Origin: an uncultured Gammaproteobacteria bacterium
GTDB taxonomy: Bacteria > Patescibacteriota > Microgenomatia > JAMCZE01
DNA length: 64,000 nt
Assembly (NCBI GenBank): GCA_964641255.1
Contig: CAZXMM010000001.1
Location: 537,984 to 601,983, forward strand
Reading direction: 5' to 3'
Made by a program: the position numbers and the translations under genes. Under the pieces are notes generated by a model, which ran no database searches, had not been told where the DNA came from, and worked only from the letters and a program-made list of their open reading frames with translations. This document shows positions 44,482-55,646 of the stretch, one piece after another (position 1 is the stretch's first letter; the number at the start of each line of letters is the position of its first letter).

Positions 44482-47397
44482 ATGACGCCAAGCATTACTA
44501 TTCGGGGAGCGAGGGAGCATAATCTTAAAAATGTCGACTTAGTCATCCCCAAAAACCAGTTAGTGGTGTTTACCGGGGTGTCCGGCAGTGGCAAGTCGTC
44601 AATGGCGTTTGACACTATTTATGCCGAGGGGCAGCGGCGCTATGTGGAATCACTCTCTTCCTACGCCAGGCAATTCTTAGGAATCATGGATAAGCCGGAC
44701 CTGGATTTCATCGAGGGGCTATCACCCGCGATTTCCATTGATCAAAAAACGACTTCCCACAATCCGCGCTCCACAGTTGGCACCATCACGGAGATTTACG
44801 ACTATTTGCGCCTCCTATTTGCCCGGGTGGGACACCCCCACTGCCCCTCCTGTGGGCGGGAAATTACGCACTTGAGTTTGGAACAAATAGTCACTCAGGT
44901 AGTTAGCCAAGTTAAGCAGTCAGCGGGGGCTAAAAAGCAGCAGCGCTATTTGATTTTGGCTCCCCTTGTTAAAGACCGTAAGGGGGAGTATTCCCAACTA
45001 CTGAGTAGTCTAAAGAGTAAAGGAATTACCAGAGTGCGAGTCGATGGTCAGGTATTTGGGGTGGAGGATGATTTGGTGTTGATAAAAACCAATCGGCACA
45101 GCATCGAAGCGGTGTTAGATCGGCTCACTTTTACTGGGAAGGCAATTGATCAGGCGCGGCTGCGTGAGGCAATCGAAGCGGCGCTGCAGCTCTCAAGCGG
45201 GGAAGTCATAATCAGTGAAGTGGGGGACGCGGCACTCGAGTTTCCTGATAAACCCAAAGTGATGACGGATCAACTTTATTCGGAAAAGTTTGCCTGTCCG
45301 ACCTGCCAACTCAGTTTACCGGAGATTGAACCTCGCCTGTTTTCGTTTAATTCTCCCCAGGGGGCTTGCCCCACCTGCACGGGCTTGGGGTATCTTTTAA
45401 AAATTGACGAAGAATTGATTATTAATCCCGAACTCTCCATCATGGAGGGAGGGCTGCTGCCTCTGGGTAGTGAAGTTGAGCACGACACCTGGTTTATGCG
45501 CATGATTAAGGCGGCCGGGGATAAGCACCACTTTTCCACTACCCGGCCCATAAGAGAACTGTCCGCTTCGGCTCTTAAAATTATTCTCTACGGCACCGGG
45601 GAGGAAGAACTGTATATCCAAGGGACCAATCGCCAAGGGAAAATGACCGGTTTTTACGAAAAGTATGAAGGAGTAATTTCCCGGCTGGAGAGACTCTATA
45701 AAGAGACTGAGTCCGAGTGGCGCCGCCAGGATATTGAAAAATATATGCGCAATACCCCTTGCCCTACCTGTAAGGGGCAGCGGTTAAAGCCCGAAGCGCT
45801 AGCAGTCACCATTGCTGACGAAAACATTTCTCAAGTCACTACCAAAAGTATTGAGGCAGCCTTAGCTTGGGTAAAGAGGGTACAGATGGAGGCCTTGGGA
45901 AACAGCCGGGAGGCCACCATTACCGGCCCGATTATGAAGGAGCTGGTAGCAAGACTGGGTTTTTTGTTCGACGTCGGTCTTAACTATTTGTCCCTCAGTC
46001 GGGCAGCCAACACCCTCGCTGGTGGAGAAGCCCAGCGCATCAGACTGGCCAGCCAGATTGGCTCGGGGCTCTCAGGAGTCCTCTATGTTTTAGACGAACC
46101 CTCAATTGGGCTGCACCAAAGGGATAATACTAAACTAATTGAGACCCTAAAACACTTACGGGATATTGGCAACAGCGTCATTGTGGTTGAGCACGACCGG
46201 GAAATGATGGAAGAGGCCGACTATATTTTTGATTTTGGTCCGGGCGCCGGCGAGCACGGTGGTCAAGTAACCGCCTTTGGTACCGTAGCAGAAATTAAAA
46301 AAAATCCCCAATCGCTCACTGGCCGCTATCTAAGCGGTAAAAAACAAATTGAGACTGCAGATTTTGGCAAAGAAATGCGCCCACAGTCAGGAACAAAAGA
46401 GGGTAAATCCCTCAAACTAGTAGGGGCTAGAGCCCATAATCTTAAAAATCTCACCGTAGAATTTCCTCTGGGTAAATTCATCGTCGTTACCGGCGTTTCC
46501 GGCTCTGGCAAATCCACTCTAATTCATGACATCTTGTATCACGCTCTCGCTGCTGAATTTTATCCCCAGCACAAAGAAAAACCGGGAGAATTTGATGGCT
46601 TAATTGGCGCTTCAGAACTGGATAAAGTAATTCTTATCGATCAGTCGCCCATTGGCCGAACCCCCCGGTCCAACCCAGCTACTTATACCGGAGCTTTTAC
46701 TTTTATTCGGGAGTTGTTTGCTAGTACCAAAGAGGCTCGGATTAAGGGCTATAAAGCCGGACGCTTCAGTTTTAACGTTAAGGGGGGGCGCTGCGAAGCT
46801 TGCGAAGGGGAAGGCCAGTTAAAAATTGAGATGAATTTTTTACCTGATGTTTTTGTGGAGTGCGAAGTTTGTCACGGTAAAAGATATAACGCTGACGCCC
46901 TAGATATAGTCTTTCACAACAAAAACATTGCCGAAGTTTTAGATCTAACTGTCGAAAGTGCTCTTGGTTTTTTCGAAAATGTTCCTTCTCTGCGGGGAAA
47001 ACTGGAAACACTCTTTGATGTGGGGCTGGGCTACATTAAGCTGGGACAGCCAGCCCCCACTCTCTCGGGTGGAGAGGCCCAGCGGGTTAAACTGGCGGCG
47101 GAACTGGCCAAACGGGCGACGGGTAAAACTGTTTACATCCTCGATGAACCCACTACGGGCTTGCATTTTGCGGACCTAGAACGGCTCCTTTTTGTGTTAA
47201 AAAGATTAGTAGTTTTGGGCAACACCGTCATCGTTATCGAGCACAATTTGGACGTGATTAAAAATGCCGACCATATCATTGATTTGGGACCAGAGGGAGG
47301 CAGCGGCGGCGGCCTCGTGGTTGCTACTGGCACTCCTCAAGAGATAGCGCGCGTTTCTGGGAGTTGGACCGGAAAATATCTTGCCTCGGTGCTATGA
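44482..47397 (+). CDS. uvrA: Excinuclease ABC subunit A
   Basis: GAREHNLKN, two GVSGSGKS, zinc fingers, LSGGEAQR. Confidence 0.97.
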   Translation: MTPSITIRGAREHNLKNVDLVIPKNQLVVFTGVSGSGKSSMAFDTIYAEGQRRYVESLSSYARQFLGIMDKPDLDFIEGLSPAISIDQKTTSHNPRSTVGTITEIYDYLRLLFARVGHPHCPSCGREITHLSLEQIVTQVVSQVKQSAGAKKQQRYLILAPLVKDRKGEYSQLLSSLKSKGITRVRVDGQVFGVEDDLVLIKTNRHSIEAVLDRLTFTGKAIDQARLREAIEAALQLSSGEVIISEVGDAALEFPDKPKVMTDQLYSEKFACPTCQLSLPEIEPRLFSFNSPQGACPTCTGLGYLLKIDEELIINPELSIMEGGLLPLGSEVEHDTWFMRMIKAAGDKHHFSTTRPIRELSASALKIILYGTGEEELYIQGTNRQGKMTGFYEKYEGVISRLERLYKETESEWRRQDIEKYMRNTPCPTCKGQRLKPEALAVTIADENISQVTTKSIEAALAWVKRVQMEALGNSREATITGPIMKELVARLGFLFDVGLNYLSLSRAANTLAGGEAQRIRLASQIGSGLSGVLYVLDEPSIGLHQRDNTKLIETLKHLRDIGNSVIVVEHDREMMEEADYIFDFGPGAGEHGGQVTAFGTVAEIKKNPQSLTGRYLSGKKQIETADFGKEMRPQSGTKEGKSLKLVGARAHNLKNLTVEFPLGKFIVVTGVSGSGKSTLIHDILYHALAAEFYPQHKEKPGEFDGLIGASELDKVILIDQSPIGRTPRSNPATYTGAFTFIRELFASTKEARIKGYKAGRFSFNVKGGRCEACEGEGQLKIEMNFLPDVFVECEVCHGKRYNADALDIVFHNKNIAEVLDLTVESALGFFENVPSLRGKLETLFDVGLGYIKLGQPAPTLSGGEAQRVKLAAELAKRATGKTVYILDEPTTGLHFADLERLLFVLKRLVVLGNTVIVIEHNLDVIKNADHIIDLGPEGGSGGGLVVATGTPQEIARVSGSWTGKYLASVL

Positions 47398-49238
47398 AGT
47401 TAATTTTACTTGGACTAATTGCTTTAATTTTTGCCCCAATTACCTGGGCGAATGAAGCGACTAGCTCAGCTAAATTTTCCCTTAAATTTGATAACACCTA
47501 TAAAGTTCATGACAGCGGTTTAACCACAGTTAGTCAAGATTTTTCTCTTACCAATTTACAGTCTGACACTTTTGCTTCCGAATACCGCCTAGCCTTAGGT
47601 AAAACCCAAGTGAGGAATCTGCGGGCTTTTGATAGAACCGGGGCTTTGCCCCTTGATCTACTGCCCACAGGGGATGGCAACTTTGAGGTGCGGATCAATT
47701 TTCGCGACTTGGCAGTAGGCAAGACCACAACCCTTAATTGGTCGGTGGTGTACGAAACCAGTGACCTGGCCACGAGTTCCGGCGGAGTTTGGGCCGTGAC
47801 TATCCCTAGTCCGCTGGAGCCTAAAGCCGCAACTGATTACACCGTCAAGTTAGAAGTACCTCCCAGTTTTGGCCCGCCGGTATTTATTAAGCCTACCGCT
47901 TCAGCTATTGGAAACTTTTGGCATAAGGAGCAGCTAGGGGGTCGAACTATTACTGCTCTCTTTGCTCCCAGTCAGACCGCTACTCATTCGCAAAGTTTTG
48001 ATTTTTTACTTAAGTACCGACTGACTAACCACGAGGTGTTACCCAGGACTTTATCCCTGGCACTGCCTCCTGATACGCCTTATCAAACAATTTTTCTCAA
48101 TTTTTTAAATCCCCGACCTCTTGATGTGGTTACTGGTCTGGAAGGCAATTGGCTAGCGAAATACCGTGTAGCTGGCTTAAGTAGCTTAAACGTGGTAGCC
48201 AGTGGCTCGGCCCTTATTTCGGCCCGACCAATTTATCCAGAAAAGACAGCGGCGCCGGAAAAATTTCTTGGCTTTAACACTGTTTGGACAAAAAGCAGGG
48301 AAACGGAAAAAATTGCCGATTCTCTAAAGGACATTGCAGCTATTTATGATTTTGTAGCCAGTAACATCCAACTGGATACTAGCCAAGTCGTGTCTTCTTT
48401 TAAGCCAGCCGGGGAAATTTTAGCCGGCTTGCCGAACAAAGGGTCATGCTTTGACGCCGCCACTATCTTTATTACTCTAGCTCGGCTGAAAAATATTCCT
48501 GCTCGCCAGGTAGACGGGTTGGTTATTCCCCAAACGGGGCAAAAGATTACCAAGCTGCATTGTTGGGTGCAATATTTTGATTATCCCCAGGGAAAATGGA
48601 TTATGGTAGATCCAACTTGGGAGAGCGCCACTGGCCTCGACTATTTTCATTCGTTAGATTTTAATCATTTAGCGTTAGCGATCCACGGTCAAAATCCCAC
48701 TAGCCCTTTGCCGGCCGGGCTCTATCAGGGAGACTTTCCGACTGACAATATTACTGTTACTCCCGCTAAGACGCCACCAGTTGTTAGTACCAAGACACCG
48801 ATTGTCATTCGGGCTGATATTCCCAAGATGGCTACTTCGGGTCTAACTTATACTGCCAAAATATTTTTGGAAAATACTACCCCTGTGGCCCAGGAAGAAC
48901 AGACTCTTTATTTTTCTTCGCCACAGCTGGCACTTTTCCCCCAGGTTGTAAAAACAGGGGTCCTACCTCCGTTTGCCAGTCGAGAAATCACTCTCAGCTT
49001 GGCTAAAGTACCTTTTAACCAGGCTCGAGATGTTATAATCAGCTTGCGGGTGGGGGCTAACAGTCGCGACTATCAGATCGCCTTTAGACCTCTTTACACT
49101 TCCCGATGGTTAGTGGTCGTGGGAGCGCTGACAATTCTTGGTTGCCTATCAATCATTGCCCAAATTACCCGGAGTGTACTTCTTCAAAAACAAAAAAGGG
49201 GAAGTGATTTACGTGGGCAAGGCCAAAAGTCTGCGTGA
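47394..49238 (+). CDS. Exported transglutaminase-like domain protein with C-terminal TM
   Basis: Signal peptide; GSCFDAA, HCWVQY, VDPTW (Cys-His-Asp). Confidence 0.85.
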   Translation: MKLILLGLIALIFAPITWANEATSSAKFSLKFDNTYKVHDSGLTTVSQDFSLTNLQSDTFASEYRLALGKTQVRNLRAFDRTGALPLDLLPTGDGNFEVRINFRDLAVGKTTTLNWSVVYETSDLATSSGGVWAVTIPSPLEPKAATDYTVKLEVPPSFGPPVFIKPTASAIGNFWHKEQLGGRTITALFAPSQTATHSQSFDFLLKYRLTNHEVLPRTLSLALPPDTPYQTIFLNFLNPRPLDVVTGLEGNWLAKYRVAGLSSLNVVASGSALISARPIYPEKTAAPEKFLGFNTVWTKSRETEKIADSLKDIAAIYDFVASNIQLDTSQVVSSFKPAGEILAGLPNKGSCFDAATIFITLARLKNIPARQVDGLVIPQTGQKITKLHCWVQYFDYPQGKWIMVDPTWESATGLDYFHSLDFNHLALAIHGQNPTSPLPAGLYQGDFPTDNITVTPAKTPPVVSTKTPIVIRADIPKMATSGLTYTAKIFLENTTPVAQEEQTLYFSSPQLALFPQVVKTGVLPPFASREITLSLAKVPFNQARDVIISLRVGANSRDYQIAFRPLYTSRWLVVVGALTILGCLSIIAQITRSVLLQKQKRGSDLRGQGQKSA

Positions 49239-50391
49239 TCGGGTCGCCTCCTATTTTGCTTCCACCGAGTTACTTCCGAAAACCGCCAAAATGATGAGTG
49301 AAGCGGTGGATTTATCGTTTCAAGTCGTCGAATCGGAAATTGACGCCCTCCTTTTGGAAGCCAATTATATTCGCAAACTTGCGCCGCGCTTTAATGTAGA
49401 CTGGAAAGATGGGAAAGCCTATCCGCACATTGAAATTACTGTAAAAGATTTAGTTCCCCAAGTGTCTTACGTGCGAGCCGAAACTAATCCCCAGGCTCAG
49501 TACTTTGGACCCTACCCCACTGGCTCTGATCTTCTCGGGTTACTGCGCTTTTTAAGGCGGGTCTTCCCCTATGTTTCCCAAAAGCACCCCAAAAACAGAC
49601 CATGTCTTCGCTCCCACTTGGGACTATGCCCCTGTCCGGCAGTCTATACTGACCGGCTAGCCCGGCTGCGTTACCGAAGGGATCTTAAAAGTTTAGTGAA
49701 GTTTTTGGAAGGAAAGCGCCAAGTGGTACAAAAGAGACTGGAGAGGGAAATGCATCAGGCGGCCAAAAATCAGGAGTACGAGCGGGCCGGAGAGCTAAAG
49801 ACCAAACTGGAGCAGATCAGTTATGTGGTCAGTCCTCGTACCTTGCCCTGGGAGTATGAAAGTAATCCTAACCTGGCAAGTGACCGCCGAGCTGCTGAAA
49901 TTACGGAGCTAAAAGCAAAACTTGGCCTTACCCAGTTAACTAAAATTGAATGCTATGACATTAGTAACACTTTTGGACAAGACGCTACCGGAGCGCAGGT
50001 AGTCTTTGTTGATGGGGTAGCCGACAAAAATCTTTATCGCCGGTATAAAATTAAACTCAAGAGAACTCCTGACGATTTCGCTATGATGAAGGAAATGGTT
50101 AGTAGACGGCTCAATTCAAAAATCCCCCTGCCAGAACTGATGGTGATTGACGGGGGAATGGGTCAGCTGGGGGTAGTACTGACCGCGTTTAAAGAGCAAG
50201 GTATTACCCCACCCAAAGTTATTGGCTTAGCCAAGAAACTGGAGACAATTATTCTTCCAGGTGGGGAAACCATCCAACTAGGCAGTGCTAGTCCGGCCCT
50301 GCAACTACTGCAGCGGCTTCGCGATGAAGCCCACCGTTTTAGTCGCCGCTACCATTTTTACTTACGCAGCCGCCGCTTATTAGCTAAGTAG
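49138..50391 (+). CDS. uvrC: Excinuclease ABC subunit C (short, no C-terminal HhH)
   Basis: PGVYFF..IYVGKAKSLRDRV, IECYDIS, IDGG.GQL, LRDEAHRF. Confidence 0.93.
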   Translation: MVAYQSLPKLPGVYFFKNKKGEVIYVGKAKSLRDRVASYFASTELLPKTAKMMSEAVDLSFQVVESEIDALLLEANYIRKLAPRFNVDWKDGKAYPHIEITVKDLVPQVSYVRAETNPQAQYFGPYPTGSDLLGLLRFLRRVFPYVSQKHPKNRPCLRSHLGLCPCPAVYTDRLARLRYRRDLKSLVKFLEGKRQVVQKRLEREMHQAAKNQEYERAGELKTKLEQISYVVSPRTLPWEYESNPNLASDRRAAEITELKAKLGLTQLTKIECYDISNTFGQDATGAQVVFVDGVADKNLYRRYKIKLKRTPDDFAMMKEMVSRRLNSKIPLPELMVIDGGMGQLGVVLTAFKEQGITPPKVIGLAKKLETIILPGGETIQLGSASPALQLLQRLRDEAHRFSRRYHFYLRSRRLLAK

Positions 50392-50400
50392 CCCAAAAGC

Positions 50401-51186
50401 ATGCTAGCTCTTTATTGGCAAATTGTTCGGTTTCGCGCTTTACGCTTTTTGGCCTATCCGCACGAGATCTGGGCGGGGATTTTGCGCAAGCTGATTTCCA
50501 TTATCAGTTTGTCACTACTGTGGTACCTAGCTCTTAAAAGCTCGCCAGTGGCCCAAAGTTTTAACCAAGTGTTAGCCTATTTCCTAATCGCTGAAGGAGT
50601 AGAGGAGATTGCGATGGGTAAGTGGGGAGTGGCGGGTCACCTACTAGGCCAGTCTATTCGTCAGGGAACGCTCTCCAATTTCTTAATGAGACCCATTGCT
50701 ATCTTTCCTTATCTTTATAGTTATGCCTTGGGAAGCAATGGGTTGGCAATCCTCATAGGTGGTGTAGGGATTATCGCTGGTATCATTATTGCCCCGCCAC
50801 TTAGCGCACTTAATTTTTTGCTCTTTTTGGTTTTTTTACCTCCGGCTATGATGGTTGGATTTGCCTACAATATGTTTTTGGGGATGATCTTTTTTTCGCT
50901 GGCTGATGGTAGCGGGGTAAAAAATGCGATTACTCACCTGGTGCGGATTCTATCCGGCTCCTGGATTCCCCTGGTTTACTTTCCCGAACAAGCGCGAAAC
51001 CTAGTCCTGTTGCTGCCCTTTCAGGTGATGGTTTCCGGCCCGACTCGGGCGCTTAGGACTGAGGACTTTGCCCAGTCGGCACTGGCGGCTATCGCGATTG
51101 CTTATTTTTGGTCTATGACTCTCTTAGTGCTAATTAGACTCAGGTGGGGCAGGCAGATTAAAAAATATGAAGCAGTCGGTCTTTAA
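50401..51186 (+). CDS. ABC-2 family permease
   Basis: IRQGTLSNFLMRP, LSGSWIPL..FP, LPF; multi-TM. Confidence 0.85.
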   Translation: MLALYWQIVRFRALRFLAYPHEIWAGILRKLISIISLSLLWYLALKSSPVAQSFNQVLAYFLIAEGVEEIAMGKWGVAGHLLGQSIRQGTLSNFLMRPIAIFPYLYSYALGSNGLAILIGGVGIIAGIIIAPPLSALNFLLFLVFLPPAMMVGFAYNMFLGMIFFSLADGSGVKNAITHLVRILSGSWIPLVYFPEQARNLVLLLPFQVMVSGPTRALRTEDFAQSALAAIAIAYFWSMTLLVLIRLRWGRQIKKYEAVGL

Positions 51187-51985
51187 TCTTTGGCACCAGT
51201 TAAAACTACTTTGGACTTTTACGGTCTTTTCTTATCAAACGGAAACTTTTGACCGGACCAATAACTGGGCCAACATTATTAGTACAACGTTTTATATTTT
51301 ATCGCAGACGATTTTTATTACGGTAATCTTTGCCAATGTTACGACGATTGCCTCTTACACTCGCAGTGAAATGCTGTTTTTTGTTTTTCTGGCGCAGCTT
51401 GGCTACTATTTGAGCTGGTTGATTCAGGGTAACCTTAAAGACTTAGTAGACTTTGTTAATACGGGCAGATTGGATAACCTTTTGCTGCGGCCTACTAGTG
51501 CACTATTTTACGTCACCTTTCGTAAAATTCGGTTGTTTTCTACCCTTAGAGACGCGATAGCTCCTACAGTCTTTATGATCCTAGTCATTAATTGGCCCAG
51601 TCTACACTTGCAGCTAGAGACACTGATAATTGGAATAGTAATTTTGGTGCTTGGCCAGATTTGTGTTCACTGTCTCTTCTTTCTGGCGGTGCTGCTCGTT
51701 TTTTGGCTGGGAGAAAGTAGCACAATTTTTTCCCTCGTAGCAGACGTTGACTATTTAATTGGTAAGACCATACCGCTTGAGGGTTTTGCTACCAACTTGC
51801 GACTAGTGCTAACCACTCTAGTGCCAATTTTAATTAGTGCCGGTGTCAGTACTAGCGTTATACTGGGTAAGACCCTGCCGTACCCGGCTCTTTTATCAGC
51901 CATCGGCGTCACCATTTTGGCGCTGGTCGTGAGACAATATGCCTGGAACCTTGCTATAAGAGCATATAGCTCGGCGTCATCTTAA
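51167..51985 (+). CDS. ABC-2 family permease
   Basis: VNTGRLDNLLLRP; multi-TM; C-terminal YSSASS. Confidence 0.85.
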   Translation: MKQSVFNLWHQLKLLWTFTVFSYQTETFDRTNNWANIISTTFYILSQTIFITVIFANVTTIASYTRSEMLFFVFLAQLGYYLSWLIQGNLKDLVDFVNTGRLDNLLLRPTSALFYVTFRKIRLFSTLRDAIAPTVFMILVINWPSLHLQLETLIIGIVILVLGQICVHCLFFLAVLLVFWLGESSTIFSLVADVDYLIGKTIPLEGFATNLRLVLTTLVPILISAGVSTSVILGKTLPYPALLSAIGVTILALVVRQYAWNLAIRAYSSASS

Positions 51986-51990
51986 AAACC

Positions 51991-52971
51991 ATGGTGATTA
52001 CTGTTGAACACTTAGCCAAAACCTACCGCACTAAAGAGAAGTTGTCGCTATGGAAGGATCTATTGTGGCCCAAATACCGTGAGACTAAAGCGGTTAATGA
52101 CATCTCTTTTACTATCGACCGGGGTGAGGCGGTGGCTTTTTTGGGACCCAATGGGGCGGGTAAGACAACCACTATGAAGATGCTTGCTGGATTGCTTTTC
52201 CCCACTAGTGGCCAAGTACAAGTGCTAGGTTTTACCCCTTTTGACCGCAAACCCGAGTTTTTACGCCGAATCGGCCTAGTTATGGGTAATAAGGCGAGTC
52301 TAGAGTGGGATTTAACGGCCCAGCAGAGTTTTTCCTTATTTCAAAAGATTTACAAAATTAGTGATCTGGACTTTAGCCACCGAGTCGAGCGTTATACGAC
52401 CTTACTTGGTACCACTAAACTACTGGATCGGCCCATTCGTAAATTGTCTTTAGGAGAGCGACTAAAAATGGAGCTGATCGCGACCTTACTTTACGAGCCC
52501 GAAATTTTATTTTTAGACGAACCAACCATTGGTTTAGATCTGACCGCCAAACATAGTATTCGGGATTTTTTGCGGCAACTGCAAGCCGAATCGGGCGTTA
52601 CTCTGCTCTTAACCAGCCACGATATGGACGACGTAGAAAAGGTCTGTGACCGGGTGATTGTAATCAACGAAGGACAAAAGGTTTATGACGACAGCTTGGT
52701 TAAACTCACTAGCTCTTACAACGAGGAAAAGTTTGTGACCCTATTGTTTGATATCCTACCGAGGTTAGAAAAAGTCAACCCGTTGGCTCCAGTCATTAGT
52801 TACACTGATCATTCCTATACTCTTAAGGTGCCACGGACCAAACTGGCCAAGACTCTGGCTCTAGTTACTCGTAAACTCGTACCCATCGATATTGAAATTG
52901 GAGCCGTACCACTGGAAGAAATTATCTCTCATCTTTACCAAAAACCGGTGTATGCTAGGATTAATGAGTGA
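51991..52971 (+). CDS. ABC transporter ATP-binding protein
   Basis: GPNGAGKTT, LSLGER, LDEPTIGLD, TSHDM. Confidence 0.95.
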   Translation: MVITVEHLAKTYRTKEKLSLWKDLLWPKYRETKAVNDISFTIDRGEAVAFLGPNGAGKTTTMKMLAGLLFPTSGQVQVLGFTPFDRKPEFLRRIGLVMGNKASLEWDLTAQQSFSLFQKIYKISDLDFSHRVERYTTLLGTTKLLDRPIRKLSLGERLKMELIATLLYEPEILFLDEPTIGLDLTAKHSIRDFLRQLQAESGVTLLLTSHDMDDVEKVCDRVIVINEGQKVYDDSLVKLTSSYNEEKFVTLLFDILPRLEKVNPLAPVISYTDHSYTLKVPRTKLAKTLALVTRKLVPIDIEIGAVPLEEIISHLYQKPVYARINE

Positions 52972-53372
52972 TCAAACACGTCTTTCGTTCCTACTTAATT
53001 AACCTTTTTGCACTCTGGGCCACCTCCCAGTTTATTGGGGCCTTTATTCTTAGTGGTGGGGTGCAAGGGCTACTTATAGTGGGAGCTGGATTTACGATTT
53101 TACACCTGCTGATTCGGCCCCTCTTATCAGCAATTTTGGGAACGATCAATTTTTTGACCCTGGGACTGGTAGGACTACTATTAGATAGCGCCATTTTATA
53201 CGGTTTGACGCTCTATTTCCCCCAAGTGTCGGTAGTGCCTTGGGATTTTCCTGGCGGGGTGGTTTACGGATTTATTCTGCCTCCTTACTCATTTGGGCTC
53301 ATCCTGGCCACTATCTTAACAGCGTTAATAATTAATGTGATTCGCCAAACGCTCCAGACACTGGCTTCCTAG
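52968..53372 (+). CDS. 4-TM phage-holin-family (YvlD-like) membrane protein
   Basis: IRPLL..IL..INFLTLGL motif; 4 TM segments. Confidence 0.75.
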   Translation: MIKHVFRSYLINLFALWATSQFIGAFILSGGVQGLLIVGAGFTILHLLIRPLLSAILGTINFLTLGLVGLLLDSAILYGLTLYFPQVSVVPWDFPGGVVYGFILPPYSFGLILATILTALIINVIRQTLQTLAS

Positions 53373-53421
53373 CTGGAGTAAGTGGCTGGCATGTTAGTGT
53401 AATTTTAGTTACAATAGCTAA

Positions 53422-53643
53422 GTGGTGACAACCATTCTTACTATCGGTGAAATCCTGATTGCCACGTTATTGATTGGGGCCATTTTGCTTCAGGTCAAGG
53501 GGACTGGGCTGGATTCTTCATTTGGTGGAGGTGGGGAGTTCTACAGGAGTAAGCGGGGGATTGAGCGGACTCTTCTTTATGCTACGATTATTTTGATTGT
53601 TCTGTTTGGTCTGACTTCAGTTGGTTTGCTGATTTTGACATGA
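53422..53643 (+). CDS. secG: Preprotein translocase subunit SecG
   Basis: ILLQVKGTGL.SSFGG..FYRSKRGIE; two TMs. Confidence 0.9.
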   Translation: MVTTILTIGEILIATLLIGAILLQVKGTGLDSSFGGGGEFYRSKRGIERTLLYATIILIVLFGLTSVGLLILT

Positions 53644-54983
53644 AGCATTTTTTTGGGAACACTTACCGCGGAGTGCGGCTCACGGTTAGACTGTTAATCT
53701 CCTATTTAATCACTAACCGGCGGTTGTTCTTCTTTGGTCTAGTGGTTGGTATCAGTGCGATTATTTTTTTACCCCAGCTTTTTGCTTCCCTAAGTCAGAA
53801 GCGGTCGCCAGTATTAGGTATTGTCGGTAATTACACCATCGCTACCCTGCCACTAGCCATTCAACAGGAATTAAGCATTGGTCTTACTCGGTTACTACCC
53901 AGTGGTGAAGCTACTAGCGGAGCGGCCCTAACTTGGATTAGTGAAAACCAAAGCAAAGAGCTAACTTTCAAATTGGATCCCAATTTATTTTGGCAAGATG
54001 GTAGCCAATTTTCCTCAGCCGATATTAACTATAACTTAAAAGGAGTCGCTACTAAGGAGCTTGGTAGTCATGAAATTAGGTTTAGTCTGCAAGAACCCTT
54101 TGCCCCCCTGCCGGTGATTGTGTCTCAGCCACTGTTTAAAAAGGGACTGGTGGGACTGGGCGAGTATCACCTAAAGGAACTTCGGATGAACGGCCGGTTT
54201 ATCGCTTCCTTAACTATTCAAAGCGTGACCACCGGAGAAATTAAAACTTACAAGTTTTACCCCAGTGAGGACACGGCCGCCTTGGCACTTAAATTGGGAG
54301 AGATCACCAGTGTGGCACAACTGCACAGTAAATATGACTTTGCCCAGGATAGCCATTACAAAATCATAGACACCACTGATTACACTAAGGTCGCTACCGT
54401 GTTTTATAATACTCGGGACGATTTACTAACCGATAAAACACTTCGTCAGGCTCTAACCTATGCTCTACCCAATACGTTTCCCGAGGGGGAGCGAGCTTTT
54501 TCTCCCATCGTTCCTCACAACTGGGCCCACAACGAGAGCGTAAAACACTATCCCCAAAATTTAGGCACTCTACCCAATTATTTAAAAAAAATAGCCACCA
54601 GTTCGGCTAAATTGTCACTAAATTTAGCGACCAGCCGAGAGTTATTACCGACAGCCGAGAGCATTGCCAAAATCTGGACCGGCCAGGGGATGCAGACTAC
54701 TGTAACAATTGTCAATATTTTGCCTCAAAATTTTGACGTCTATCTCGCTTATTTAGATTTGCCCAGTGACCCAGACCAATATGCTCTCTGGCACTCCACC
54801 CAGCGGGGCAACATCACTAGTTACAAAAGTGCCCGTGTCGATAGCCTGCTGGAAAATGGTCGGAAAACGGCAGATAAAAAAGAACGCCTGTCCATTTATG
54901 AGAACTTTCAGCGCGCCTTGACCGAAGATGTTCCCGCCAGCTTCCTTTTTTATCCCCGAATCTATACTATTTCTCGCCAGTAA
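53640..54983 (+). CDS. Family 5 extracellular solute-binding protein (OppA-like)
   Basis: FWQDG..FSSADI, LRQALTYA, DPDQYALWHS, EDVPASFLF. Confidence 0.85.
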   Translation: MKHFFGNTYRGVRLTVRLLISYLITNRRLFFFGLVVGISAIIFLPQLFASLSQKRSPVLGIVGNYTIATLPLAIQQELSIGLTRLLPSGEATSGAALTWISENQSKELTFKLDPNLFWQDGSQFSSADINYNLKGVATKELGSHEIRFSLQEPFAPLPVIVSQPLFKKGLVGLGEYHLKELRMNGRFIASLTIQSVTTGEIKTYKFYPSEDTAALALKLGEITSVAQLHSKYDFAQDSHYKIIDTTDYTKVATVFYNTRDDLLTDKTLRQALTYALPNTFPEGERAFSPIVPHNWAHNESVKHYPQNLGTLPNYLKKIATSSAKLSLNLATSRELLPTAESIAKIWTGQGMQTTVTIVNILPQNFDVYLAYLDLPSDPDQYALWHSTQRGNITSYKSARVDSLLENGRKTADKKERLSIYENFQRALTEDVPASFLFYPRIYTISRQ

Positions 54984-55018
54984 ACAGCTGGCTGGAAGCG
55001 GATTGGTAGGCGCATGCG

Positions 55019-55645
55019 TTAGACTTTAGTGGTATTGGTGTTTTTTATTTCTTTACTAAGAATCTTACCTGTGGTGTCAATCTCATAAACATACACCTCT
55101 CCAGTTGTGATCTCTAGTGAAGGAATTTGCTCTTCGGGCACATTTTCCAAAAGCTTAACTAAAGCCCGCAGTGAGTTATGAGAAGCAGTGACCAAAATGT
55201 TTTTACCTTGTTTTAAAACTGGTAAAATATGGTTCTCGTAGTACGGAGCTACTCGGTTATACACGTCTTTCAATGTTTCACCCCCAGGAATAGGACAATC
55301 CCAGCCCCGGCGCCACTTTTGAAATTGTTCCTCACCATATTGTTTCTGCACGTCCCATTTATTTTTTCCGGTGAGCTCACCGTAATTTCTCTCATTTAAA
55401 GCCAAATTTTCCTCAACGGGCAAGCTATCTTGACCGATAAGGTGTTTAATTTCATTCATAGTTTGCTGGGCCCGGATAAGCTTCGAAGTGAACCCTTGAT
55501 CAAAATGAATTCCTTTTATATTTTCGCCTGCCTTTCTGGCTTCTTCGATGCCTTGTTCCACAAGAGGTACATCCGTCCAGCCGGTCCAAAGACCTTTAAT
55601 ATTCCATTCAGACATTCCGTGGCGAACAAGAACCAGATAAGCCAT
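55019..55645 (-). CDS. gpmA: 2,3-BPG-dependent phosphoglycerate mutase
   Basis: LVRHG.SEWN, WTGWTDV, LNERNYG, HNSLRAL. Confidence 0.95.
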   Translation of the reverse strand: MAYLVLVRHGMSEWNIKGLWTGWTDVPLVEQGIEEARKAGENIKGIHFDQGFTSKLIRAQQTMNEIKHLIGQDSLPVEENLALNERNYGELTGKNKWDVQKQYGEEQFQKWRRGWDCPIPGGETLKDVYNRVAPYYENHILPVLKQGKNILVTASHNSLRALVKLLENVPEEQIPSLEITTGEVYVYEIDTTGKILSKEIKNTNTTKV

Positions 55646-55646
55646 A

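Noticed and set aside
52968-53372. Prophage signalled by the holin-family gene
   Set aside because: This 4-TM family is commonly chromosomal; neighbours are secG and transporters, with no phage genes.
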